Source: Polyangiales bacterium (GTDB taxonomy: Bacteria; Myxococcota_A; Polyangia; Polyangiales; JADJQN01). Taken from it: a stretch of DNA of 64,000 bases. The notes under the pieces are model-generated. The model saw nothing but the letters and a program-made list of their open reading frames with translations. It was not told where the DNA came from and made no database searches. The stretch spans positions 288,001 to 352,000 of the forward strand of contig CAXNJO010000001.1 of the NCBI GenBank assembly GCA_964202905.1. Reading direction: 5' to 3'. Shown here piece after piece: positions 47,202 to 59,471 of the stretch (position 1 is its first letter; every line of letters starts with the position of its first letter). A program made the translations under genes and the position numbers.

Positions 47202-47840
47202 ATGTCCCGACGCCACGCCCCCGCAGCGGGAACGCAGCCGCGCGGCCGATGGGCTGATGGCGTCGGCCGCGGCCGCGCCGGTGCAGGTCCTCGAGCAGCG
47301 GCGCGTCGCGGGGCTCGACGCGACCGTGCTCGCGGCGACCGACGCCGCGGCGCTCAACCAGTGGCTCGGGGCGCACCGCTACCCGAGCCGGCCGGGGCTG
47401 ACGCAGTGGCTCGCGCGTTACGTCGCGCAGGGCTACTTCGTCACGGCGTTCCGCTACGCCGCGGAGCCGGCCGCCCCGTCGCGAGCCGCGCGGTGCGCCT
47501 CACCTTCACGACCCAGCGCCCGTTCTACCCATACGCCGAGCCGAGCGACGCGCCGCGCACCGCGGACCGCGCGTTCCGCCTGAGCGTGGTCGCGCCCGCG
47601 CGCATGGACGGCCTCGTCGGCACGCGGCCCTGGCGCGCACGCACGGGCTACTCGGGCCGCCCCGCGAACCTGCGCGAGGTGCTGCGCGGCGTCGTCCCCG
47701 AGGATGCGCGCGGCGCGGGCCCCTGGCTCACGACGTTCGACGAGCCAGCCTCGCGGCGCGGCGGCGACGACCTGTTCTTCGTGCGCACGCGCGCGACCCG
47801 CGGCGTCCCCCCGTCGATCCGCACCGCGCTCGCGCCCTGA
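47202..47840 (+). pseudogene. Truncated, frameshifted DUF2330-like gene
   Basis: VAGLDATVL.ATDAAAL.QWL..Y..YFVTAFRY (frame of 47257) continues as AVRLTFTTQRPFYPYAEP in another frame after about 47470; the N-terminal part is missing. Confidence 0.6.
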
Positions 47841-47876
47841 ACACCGACCGCGATCCGCAGCGCCCGCGCGCCGGCG

Positions 47877-48455
47877 TCAGCCGCGCTCGCGCTCGCCCGG
47901 GTGCACGCCGTGCTTCTTCGCGAGGCGGTGCAGGTACTTGCGGTCCATGTCCGCCTCGCGCGCGGCCGCCGAGATGTTCCCCTCGTGACGCGCGAGCAGC
48001 CACGCGACGTAGCGCCGCTCGAAGTCGGCCTCCCACGTCGCGCGCGTGTCGCGGTAGCTGCGGCGCGGGACGAACGCGGGCGCGGGCGGCTCCGCTCCGT
48101 CGCGCGCCGGCAGCGCGCGCACGCCGAGCTCGACGTCGCCCACGGTGAGGACCGCGCCGCCCTTGAGCCACGCCTCCTTGATGTCCGCGCCGTCGAGCAT
48201 CGTGCCGTTCGTCGAGTCGAGGTCGCGGAGCAGGTAGCCGGGCCCCTCGCGTCGGATCTGGCAGTGCCGCCGCGACACGGTCGCGTCCCCGAGGACGAGG
48301 TCGTTCTCCAGGCCCTTGCCGATGTGGAAGACCTCGCCCGCGATCTCGCGTTCGGTGCCGCGATCGCGGCCGCTGAGCACCACGAGCACGCAGCGCGCGA
48401 ACGTGTGCGCGTGCGGGCGCGCGGCGTCGCTCGGGCCCCGGGGCGCGTCGCTCAT
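47877..48455 (-). CDS. FHA domain plus Fis-type HTH protein without AAA+ domain
   Basis: IGK..NDLVL.D.TVSRRH, DLDSTNGT; FERRY..LL.RHEGNISAAAREADMDRKYLHRL. Confidence 0.85.
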   Translation of the reverse strand: MSDAPRGPSDAARPHAHTFARCVLVVLSGRDRGTEREIAGEVFHIGKGLENDLVLGDATVSRRHCQIRREGPGYLLRDLDSTNGTMLDGADIKEAWLKGGAVLTVGDVELGVRALPARDGAEPPAPAFVPRRSYRDTRATWEADFERRYVAWLLARHEGNISAAAREADMDRKYLHRLAKKHGVHPGERERG

Positions 48456-48862
48456 CCCGCCCCCGCCGCGCCGAGCTCGACGAGGACGACGCCCTCCACG
48501 GGCACCTCGAGCACGCGCACCGCGGTGCTGCGCGCCCGCGCCTCGCCCTCCCCGCGCGTGACGTCGATGCGCAGCTCGTAGCGGCCCGGCGGCAGGTCGA
48601 GCGACTCGTCGATGCGCGCCGGGGCCCCGCGCGCATACGGCAGGCGCAGCCCGAGCACGGGCTCGCCCCCCTCGAACACGCTGAGGCCGACCTCGCGCAC
48701 GGCGCCCGGTTCGGCGAGCCGCAGGCGCACGCTCGTCTCGCGCGGCGCCGCGTCCGCGAGCGGCCCGGCAACGAGCGCGACGCCCCCGACGAGCACGAGC
48801 GGCGTGAGGCGGCGACGGTGGCGCGCGAGCCAGTCGAGCGCGCGGTGGGCCTCGGTTTTCAT
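48452..48862 (-). CDS. Hypothetical single-TM protein
   Basis: N-terminal TM helix, beta-rich domain with LPPGRY; ATGA overlap with the FHA gene. Confidence 0.65.
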   Translation of the reverse strand: MKTEAHRALDWLARHRRRLTPLVLVGGVALVAGPLADAAPRETSVRLRLAEPGAVREVGLSVFEGGEPVLGLRLPYARGAPARIDESLDLPPGRYELRIDVTRGEGEARARSTAVRVLEVPVEGVVLVELGAAGAG

Positions 48863-48982
48863 CGAGGGCGAGCGTAGGCGAGGCCCGCGCCGCGATCCAC
48901 CGCGCGGTCACCCGGTCGCGCGCAGTTCTTGTGCCCCGCAGAGCCGGGGGCTACGCTGGCCCGAGGAAGTGGTGCTGCAGTG

Positions 48983-51139
48983 ATGGTCCGGCTCACCGAC
49001 ATCCTCGACAAGGTACGGAGCTACCATCCGAGCGCGGACACCGATCTGATCAACAAGGCGTACGTGTACTCGTCGCGCATGCACGACGGGCAGCTGCGCA
49101 AGTCGGGCGATCCGTACTTCATCCACCCGGTCTCGGTCGCGCACATCATCGCGGAGATGCGCCTCGACGCGGCCAGCGTCTGCGCGGCGCTCCTGCACGA
49201 CGTCGTCGAGGACACGCCCGTCACCGAGCGCGACATCGCGGCGCTCTTCGGCGACGAGGTCGCGTTCCTCGTCGATGGCGTCACGAAGCTCGGCAAGATC
49301 AACTTCGTCTCGAAGGAAGACCAGCAGGCGGAGTCGTTCCGCAAGATGCTGGTCGCCATGGCGCGCGACATCCGCGTGCTGCTCGTGAAGCTCGCCGACC
49401 GCCTCGACAACATGCGGACGATGGAGCACATGAAGCCGGACGCGCAGGAGCGCATCTCCCGGGAAACACTGGAGATTTACGCGCCTCTCGCGGGTCGTCT
49501 CGGCATCAACTGGCTCAAGAGCGACCTCGAGGATCTCGCCTTCCGCTGGCTCTACCCGGACGCCTGGGCGGACCTCGTCAAGAAGACGAAGGCCGTCTCG
49601 CGCGACCGCGAGAAGTACACGACCGACGTCTCGCGCCGCATCCAGACGATGCTCATCGAGCGCGGCTTCGCGGTCGACGTGTCCGGCCGCGTGAAGCACC
49701 TCTACAGCGTCTTCCGCAAGATGCGGTCGAGTCAGTGCGAGTTCGAGCAGATCCACGACTACGTCGCCTTCCGCGTCGTCATGGAGAACGTCGCCGATTG
49801 CTACGCCGCGCTCGGCGTCATCCACTCGCAGTGGACGCCGATCCCCGGGCGCTTCAAGGACTACATCGCGCTGCCGAAGCCCAACAACTACCAGTCGCTG
49901 CACACGACGGTGATCGGGCCGGGCCTCAAGCGCATCGAGATCCAGATCCGGACGCCGGAGATGCACCGCACCGCGGAGCTCGGGATCGCGGCCCACTGGT
50001 CCTACAAGGAGCGCTCGGGGGGTCTCGACGCGAAGGACGCCGCGCGCTTCGCGTGGCTGCGGCAGCTGGTGGAGTTCCAGAAGGAGGTCGTCGACCCGGC
50101 CGAGTTCATCGACTCGGTGAAGGGCGACCTCTTCGCGGACGAGGTCTACGTCTTCACGCCGAAGGGCGACGTGAAGGTCTTCCCACGCGGCTCGACGCCG
50201 ATCGACTTCGCGTACTCCGTCCACAGCGAGATCGGCAACCGCTGCACCGGCGCGCGGGTGAACGGCGCGATCCAGAAGCTCGCGTACAAGCTGCACAACG
50301 GCGACGTCATCGAGATCCTCACGTCGCCGACGCAGCACCCCAACAAGGACTGGCTCGACATGACGACGACCGCGAAGGCGCGGTCGCACGTCCGTGGCTA
50401 CGTGCGCGGCGAGGAGCGCAAGCGCTCGATCAAGATGGGCCGCGACCTCCTCGAGCGCGAGATGCACAAGCGTGACCTCTCCTTCGCGCGGCTCGTGAAG
50501 AGCGGCGAGCTCGAGAAGGCCGTCGGCAAGCTCAACGTGCAGACGGTCGACGAGCTCTACGCGCAGGTCGGCTACGGCAAGATCGCCGGCGCCGACGTCG
50601 TGAAGGCGATCCTGCCGGAGCGCGTCGAGGAGCAGCCGAAGGCGATGGACTCGCTGCGGCCCGGGCTCGTCGAGCGGGTCACGCGCAAGGTCACGGGCAG
50701 CGGCGAGACGGCCATCCGCATCGCGGACATGGACGACGTGCTGGTGCGCTTCGCGAACTGCTGCTCGCCGCTGCCGGGCGACGCGGTCACCGGCTGGATC
50801 ACGCGCGGGCGCGGCGTCACCGTGCACCGCCGCGAGTGCCGCAAGGCGATGGAGCTCGACCCGGAGCGCCGCATCGAGGTGAGCTGGTCGACGGGCTCCA
50901 AGGTCGATCGCCCCGTGCAGCTGCGCGTCATCACGGCGGACAAGCCGGGCGTGCTCGCGCGGCTCTCGACCGAGCTGAGCGCGACCGGCGTGAACCTGAA
51001 GGAGGCCAACTGCCGCGTCGGCGACGACGGGCGCGCGGTGAACCTCTTCACCTTCACCGTGACCGACCTCTCGCGCCTGAAGGCCGTGATGCGCGGCCTT
51101 CAGAAGCTCGAGGGCGTCTACGAGGTCGAGCGCGTGTGA
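48983..51139 (+). CDS. relA: Bifunctional (p)ppGpp synthetase/hydrolase Rel/SpoT
   Basis: RKSGDPYFIHP, LLHDVVED, KLADRLDNMRT, GRVKH, RFKDY, YQSLHT, EIQIRT, TGS, CC and ACT domains. Confidence 0.97.
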   Translation: MVRLTDILDKVRSYHPSADTDLINKAYVYSSRMHDGQLRKSGDPYFIHPVSVAHIIAEMRLDAASVCAALLHDVVEDTPVTERDIAALFGDEVAFLVDGVTKLGKINFVSKEDQQAESFRKMLVAMARDIRVLLVKLADRLDNMRTMEHMKPDAQERISRETLEIYAPLAGRLGINWLKSDLEDLAFRWLYPDAWADLVKKTKAVSRDREKYTTDVSRRIQTMLIERGFAVDVSGRVKHLYSVFRKMRSSQCEFEQIHDYVAFRVVMENVADCYAALGVIHSQWTPIPGRFKDYIALPKPNNYQSLHTTVIGPGLKRIEIQIRTPEMHRTAELGIAAHWSYKERSGGLDAKDAARFAWLRQLVEFQKEVVDPAEFIDSVKGDLFADEVYVFTPKGDVKVFPRGSTPIDFAYSVHSEIGNRCTGARVNGAIQKLAYKLHNGDVIEILTSPTQHPNKDWLDMTTTAKARSHVRGYVRGEERKRSIKMGRDLLEREMHKRDLSFARLVKSGELEKAVGKLNVQTVDELYAQVGYGKIAGADVVKAILPERVEEQPKAMDSLRPGLVERVTRKVTGSGETAIRIADMDDVLVRFANCCSPLPGDAVTGWITRGRGVTVHRRECRKAMELDPERRIEVSWSTGSKVDRPVQLRVITADKPGVLARLSTELSATGVNLKEANCRVGDDGRAVNLFTFTVTDLSRLKAVMRGLQKLEGVYEVERV

Positions 51140-51235
51140 CGCGGCGCGCGGGGTCGGCGCACCGGGCTCACGCCCACGCGCGGCCTCGTGCGGAAGCGCC
51201 GTGATTCACGGCACTTCACGCGATGACGCGCTGCG

Positions 51236-54643
<3,408 letters not shown>

Positions 54644-54659
54644 GGATAACTCCTCGAAT

Positions 54660-55889
54660 CTACTGAGAAACTGGGGCCGTGCGCGCCGTGACGCGGACAC
54701 CGTCCGCGAGCCGCTCGAGCGTCTCGACTGCGAGCCGCTCGCCCGCGCGCACGCCCTCGCTCACGGTGACCGTCGCGCCGTCGGACTCGACGACGGAGAC
54801 GACGCGCTCCTCGATCGTCCCATCGGGCTTCACGACGAAGACGCGGCTCACGCCCGCCTCGCGCAGCACGGCCGCAGCCGGCACGGCGACGCCCTGCCGC
54901 GTGCCGCCGAGGTCGATGGTGGCGGTCGCGAACATGCCCGGCCGCAGCGCGCCGTCCGCGTTCGGCACGGTCGCCTCGACCGTGAGCGAGCGCGTCTCGG
55001 GGCGGACTGAAGCGCTGATGTAGCGCACGGTGCCGGTGAAGACGCGGTCGGGGAAGGCGTCGACGCGGAGCGCGACGGTCTGCCCGCGCTGCACGACGCC
55101 GACGCGCTCCTGCGGCACCGGCAGCTCGACGCGGAGCGGGTCGGTCTTCACGAGACTCACGAGGCGCATCTGCGGCGCGACGTACTCGCCGACGTCCGCG
55201 AAGCGCTCCGCGATCTCGCCCGCGAAGGGCGCCCGCACGACGGACTCGCGCACCGCCGTGCCCGCCTGCTGCAGCGCGATGCGCGCCTGCGAGAGCGCGA
55301 TGGCCGCGCCGCGCATCCCGTTGAGCGCGCTGTTGTACTGCTCGTGCGCCGCCGCCGCGCCTGCGCGCGCGCGGTCGAGCTCCGCCTGGCTCACCGCGCC
55401 CGTCTGCGCGAGCTGCTCGGCGCGGCGCAGGGACTCGCGCGCGAGGCCGTCGTTGGCGGCCGCGGCGCGGACCTCCGCGGTGTCCTCGGCGCGCACGGCG
55501 GCGCCGGGCGAGGTCACGCCGAGGCGGGCCTCGGCCTGCTGGAGCGCGGCCGTCGCGGCGGCGACCTGCAGGCGGTAGTCGACGTCGCGCAGCCGCACGA
55601 GCGGGTCGCCCTCGGCGACGATGGAGCCGCGCTCGACGAGCACCTCGACGACGCGCCCGGGCACGACGCCGGTCACGTCCGACTGCTGGTCGGCGACGAG
55701 CGGGCCGTTCACGCGCAGCGTCTGCGGCAGCGCGCGCGGCGCGGCCACGGCGACACGCACGGGTACGGAGGCCCCCTCGCCGGTGGGCCGGACCTCGCCC
55801 GGGGTGGTGGGCTTCGGGCCGCAGGCGGGGAGGGACAGCGAGACGAACAGCGCGGCGACGACGAGGGGCGAGCGACTCTCAGCAGGCAT
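54660..55889 (-). CDS. RND periplasmic adaptor (MFP) lipoprotein
   Basis: LPAC lipobox; GRVVEVLVERG, VRAPFAG, LRPGMFA. Confidence 0.94.
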   Translation of the reverse strand: MPAESRSPLVVAALFVSLSLPACGPKPTTPGEVRPTGEGASVPVRVAVAAPRALPQTLRVNGPLVADQQSDVTGVVPGRVVEVLVERGSIVAEGDPLVRLRDVDYRLQVAAATAALQQAEARLGVTSPGAAVRAEDTAEVRAAAANDGLARESLRRAEQLAQTGAVSQAELDRARAGAAAAHEQYNSALNGMRGAAIALSQARIALQQAGTAVRESVVRAPFAGEIAERFADVGEYVAPQMRLVSLVKTDPLRVELPVPQERVGVVQRGQTVALRVDAFPDRVFTGTVRYISASVRPETRSLTVEATVPNADGALRPGMFATATIDLGGTRQGVAVPAAAVLREAGVSRVFVVKPDGTIEERVVSVVESDGATVTVSEGVRAGERLAVETLERLADGVRVTARTAPVSQ

Positions 55890-55942
55890 GGGCGACTCCG
55901 GGGACTCTGGACGGGCGGGCAGGACGGCGAACGAGCGGTGAC

Positions 55943-56560
55943 TCAGGTCGGGTTGCGGGCGGGATGCACGAGCAGCCCGAGGACGACGTCGACGCTCGGC
56001 ACCACGCGCGGCACGTCGAGCTCGATGAGCTGCGACATCGCGATGCCGTTCATCGTGGCGAAGAGCGCGGCGGCGAGCGCCTCGGGGTCGCCCGGGACGA
56101 GCTCGCCGCGGGCCTGCCCCTCGCGGATCGCGGTCGCCATCACGAGCAGACAGCGGCCCGCGAAGTGCTGCAAGACGTCGCGCGTGGAGGGCGGGATCGC
56201 GTCGGGATGCAGGTAGGCCTGCACGACGAGGCGGAACATCTCGGGCTCGACCGCGAGGCGCGCGAGGCGGTGCTCGATGAAGCCGCGGATGCGCGCGAGC
56301 GGGCCGCCGCCCGCGCCGGCGATGGCGTCGAGATCGGCCGAGACCCGCGCGAAGAGCTCCTCGACGAGCGCGGCGTAGATCGCCTCCTTGCTCTCGAAGT
56401 AGTGGTAGACGAGCCCGTGCGAGAGCCCGGCCGCGCGCGCGACGTCGCTGATCTTGGCGGCCGCGAGCCCCTTGCCCGCGAACACGGCGAGCGCCGCGCG
56501 GAGGATCCCCTCGCGGCGCTCGTCCTTGAGGCGCTGGTTGTCGGCGGCGGTTCGCGGCAT
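55943..56560 (-). CDS. TetR/AcrR family regulator
   Basis: ILRAAL.VFAGKG..KISDVARAAGLSHGLVYHYFESKE. Confidence 0.95.
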   Translation of the reverse strand: MPRTAADNQRLKDERREGILRAALAVFAGKGLAAAKISDVARAAGLSHGLVYHYFESKEAIYAALVEELFARVSADLDAIAGAGGGPLARIRGFIEHRLARLAVEPEMFRLVVQAYLHPDAIPPSTRDVLQHFAGRCLLVMATAIREGQARGELVPGDPEALAAALFATMNGIAMSQLIELDVPRVVPSVDVVLGLLVHPARNPT

Positions 56561-56577
56561 GGAGGCGAGCAGCGGTT

Positions 56578-56597
56578 GATTGACTCGCCAGTCAGTC
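56578..56597. promoter_or_regulatory. Putative TetR operator
   Basis: GATTGACT-CGCC-AGTCAGTC near-perfect inverted repeat 17 bp upstream of the tetR ATG. Confidence 0.7.
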
Positions 56598-56640
56598 CTA
56601 GATCCGTTCGTCGCCGCGTCAAGCGCCGCGACGGCGAGCG

Positions 56641-57405
56641 TCAGGTGTCGGGCGCGAGGGCGCGGCGCGTGCCCGCCGGATCGTTGGTGATCAAACCATC
56701 GACGCCGGCCGCGGCGAGCGCACGGACACGCGCGGGGTCGTCGACCGTCCACGGCGTCACGAGCAGCCCGGCCGCGCGCCAGCGGGCGAGGCGCGCGGGC
56801 GTGACGAGGACGTGCTCGGGGTTGATACCCTGCGTGCCGAGGAGCGGCGGCACGGCCCGCCCGAGCAGGCGCCCCTGCCGGCTGTCCTCGCAGAGAAAGA
56901 GCAGCGGCGCCGTGAGGCCCGCGCGCCGGAGCGCGACCACCATGCGCGGGTCGAAGGTGGAGACCGCGACGAGGTGGCGCACCGCGGGCGTGTGCCGCGC
57001 CAGGGTCTCCGCGACGCGGCGCGCGAGCAGGGCGCGATCGTCGCCGTCGGCCTTCACCTCGACGTTGAGCAGGCGGCCGCGGCCGGCGACGAGCGCGAGC
57101 GCGTCGTCGAGGAGCGGCACACGCTCGCCGCGACCCGCGTCGAGGCGGCGCAGCGCGGAGAGCGGCACGTCGCGGACCGCGCGCGGAACGCCTGCCGTGC
57201 GGGCGAGCGTCGGGTCGTGCAGCACGACGACCTCGCCGGACGCGCAGCGGCGCACGTCGAGCTCGACGCCGTCCGCGCCCTCGTCGAGCGCGAGGGCGAA
57301 CGCGGCGAGCGTGTTCTCCGGGGCGCGCGCGCTCGCGCCGCGGTGCCCGTACACGAGCGGCCCACCCGCCCCGCGTCGGAAGCGCTCGAGGGCGGCCGCG
57401 CTCAC
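56641..57405 (-). CDS. Glycerophosphodiester phosphodiesterase
   Basis: GHRGAS..APENTL.AF, ELDV, VLHD, NVEVK, WTVDD, GVDGLITNDP. Confidence 0.93.
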   Translation of the reverse strand: MSAAALERFRRGAGGPLVYGHRGASARAPENTLAAFALALDEGADGVELDVRRCASGEVVVLHDPTLARTAGVPRAVRDVPLSALRRLDAGRGERVPLLDDALALVAGRGRLLNVEVKADGDDRALLARRVAETLARHTPAVRHLVAVSTFDPRMVVALRRAGLTAPLLFLCEDSRQGRLLGRAVPPLLGTQGINPEHVLVTPARLARWRAAGLLVTPWTVDDPARVRALAAAGVDGLITNDPAGTRRALAPDT

Positions 57406-58496
57406 GCGCCCTTCACGACGAGGCCGCGCGCCTCGAACGCGGCGCGCAGCGGAGAGCCAGGGTCGCGCAGCGCGCGGATGGTGGCCGTGTAGCCGTCCTC
57501 GAGGATCTGTCGCCGCGCAGCGAAGTTCATGGGGGAGTGCATGAACATCGTCGCATCGGTCGCGTCCGGCTCGAGCAGCACGACCTCCGTCTCCGGGTGT
57601 TCGGTGCGGAACCACGCGAGCCCCTCCCGCATCCGCGACTCGGTGCGCACGCGCCACGCCTGGCTCGAGACCCACAGCGCGCCTTTGTCGCGCACGTGCC
57701 GCATCGCGCCGTGGCCGGTGGGGATGTCGCGCGTGCCCGGGTCCGTGCGGATGGGCACGGTGGGGTTCACGACCAGCACGAGCCCGCAGCCGAGCGACGC
57801 GGCGACGTCGACGTGCGCGGCCGTGCCGTTGCCGGCCTCGACGTAGTCGCGGCCGTCGATGCGCACGGGCGCGAAGAGCAGCGGCGTCGCGGCCGAGGCG
57901 CAGATCGCGCGCGCGATCGGGACGTGCGCGAGCTCGCCGAGCCCGAAGAGCGCCCGCGCGCCGGCGTCGAGATCCGTCGCGACGAGCACGAGCGGGCGCG
58001 GCATGCCCGCGAAGTCGGCCGGGACGCCGCGCCGCAGCATGATCTCGGTGAGGAACTGCTCGAACGCATCGAGCGTGAAGATGCCCGCGGGCAGCGAGTC
58101 CCAGAAGCGGTCGAGCTCGTTCCAGACGTCGGCGTCGAGCGGCCGCGAGGTCACCGACGAGAGCAGCCGCCGCGCCGCCGCGAGGGTGCTCGACGCGACG
58201 CGGCGCCACTCCGCCCCGTCGAGGCGCAGCAGGTGCTGGCGCTGCAGCGGGAAGAACGGGTCCACCGGGTCGAGCAGCGCACGGTAGAGGCGCTGCGCGG
58301 AGTTGCCCGCCGCGAGGAAGGCGGCGACCGCCGCGCCGCTCGAGGAGCCGACGAAGGCCGTGACGTCCGCCGCGCGGAAGCCCTCGACCCCGTCCTCGAG
58401 GGCGGCGATGACTCCAACTTGATACATCGCGCCGGTGATCCCGCTGCCGGGCAGCGAGAGGCCGAGACCGCGCTGGGGCGGAGACGTATCACTCAT
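57402..58496 (-). CDS. Patatin-like phospholipase
   Basis: GSGITG glycine loop, GSSSG nucleophile, ATDLD.G, ASAA.P.LF.PV; EAG in place of DGG. Confidence 0.88.
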   Translation of the reverse strand: MSDTSPPQRGLGLSLPGSGITGAMYQVGVIAALEDGVEGFRAADVTAFVGSSSGAAVAAFLAAGNSAQRLYRALLDPVDPFFPLQRQHLLRLDGAEWRRVASSTLAAARRLLSSVTSRPLDADVWNELDRFWDSLPAGIFTLDAFEQFLTEIMLRRGVPADFAGMPRPLVLVATDLDAGARALFGLGELAHVPIARAICASAATPLLFAPVRIDGRDYVEAGNGTAAHVDVAASLGCGLVLVVNPTVPIRTDPGTRDIPTGHGAMRHVRDKGALWVSSQAWRVRTESRMREGLAWFRTEHPETEVVLLEPDATDATMFMHSPMNFAARRQILEDGYTATIRALRDPGSPLRAAFEARGLVVKGA

Positions 58497-59374
58497 GAAT
58501 CATCCTCGTCGTCGGCCGCGGGGGTGGTGCGCGCGAGGAGGCCGAGCGCCAGCGCGGCGACGAGGGCCGACGCTATCACGAGGCTGGGGGCGATGTGCGC
58601 GGGCCCGGCGTCCGGGGCGGCCGGCACGTTGAAGCCGCGGATCGGCAGCAGGCGTGCGGGCAGCAGGACGGGCACCGCGTTGACCCCTGCGTGCAGGGCG
58701 ATCGTCGCGACGGTCGAGCCGGTGCGGAGCGCGACGGCGCCCAGCACGAGCCCCGCGAGGAGCGCATAGGCGAGCGCGGACCACGCGCCGAGGTGCGCGA
58801 GCGCGAACAGGGCGCTCGAGGCGGCGAGCGCGGTCGCGCGGCCGTGCGTCACGCGGAGACCGCGCAGCAGCACGCCGCGGAAGAGCAGCTCCTCGCTGAG
58901 GGGCGCGACGACGACGAACGAGACGAAGGCCGCGAGCGCCACGGCGGGGGAGCCGGCGTCGAGCAGGCGCTGCTGACGCGCGAGCAGGTCGGCCGAGACG
59001 GGCGCGACGCGCTGCACGAGGTTGGCGAGCTCGGCGAGCGGCAGCTGCAGCGCAGCGCCTGCCACCAGCGCGAGCAGCGCGGCACGGACGGGCAGCGGGC
59101 GGAGGCCGAGCGTCTCGCGGAGCGGCTCGTCGTCGCGCGCGTGCAGGCGCACGGCGGCGAACAGGACGCAGGCGAAGGCCCCCGCCTGCACCAGCGCGAG
59201 GCCGAGCGCGTCGCGGGTCACCCGGTCGCGGGCGGCCTCCCACGGCAGCCCGCGCGCGAGGGACTGCAGCGCGACCGCGCCCTGCAGGAAGGCCCACGTG
59301 AGCGCGACCGAGGCGACGGTGAAGGTCACGGCGCCGAGCAGCGAGACGGAGCGCGGATCGCGCGGGGCGGCCAC
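58493..59374 (-). CDS. CPBP (Abi/CAAX) intramembrane metalloprotease
   Basis: APLSEELLFRG, FALAH, HAGVN. Confidence 0.92.
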   Translation of the reverse strand: MAAPRDPRSVSLLGAVTFTVASVALTWAFLQGAVALQSLARGLPWEAARDRVTRDALGLALVQAGAFACVLFAAVRLHARDDEPLRETLGLRPLPVRAALLALVAGAALQLPLAELANLVQRVAPVSADLLARQQRLLDAGSPAVALAAFVSFVVVAPLSEELLFRGVLLRGLRVTHGRATALAASSALFALAHLGAWSALAYALLAGLVLGAVALRTGSTVATIALHAGVNAVPVLLPARLLPIRGFNVPAAPDAGPAHIAPSLVIASALVAALALGLLARTTPAADDEDDS

Positions 59375-59471
59375 GCGGCTCTCTGACGCGCGGTCCGCGG
59401 GGGCGCAACCGGCCCGCGGGCATGCGCGCCGCGCGGGTGCAGCGGTCGCGGCCTGCTATGGTCGCCGACCC

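Noticed and set aside
58493..59374. Abortive-infection defence system (Abi-named protease plus patatin)
   Set aside because: CPBP proteases are not phage Abi proteins, no cyclase or other defence gene is adjacent, and GDPD linkage suggests lipid metabolism.
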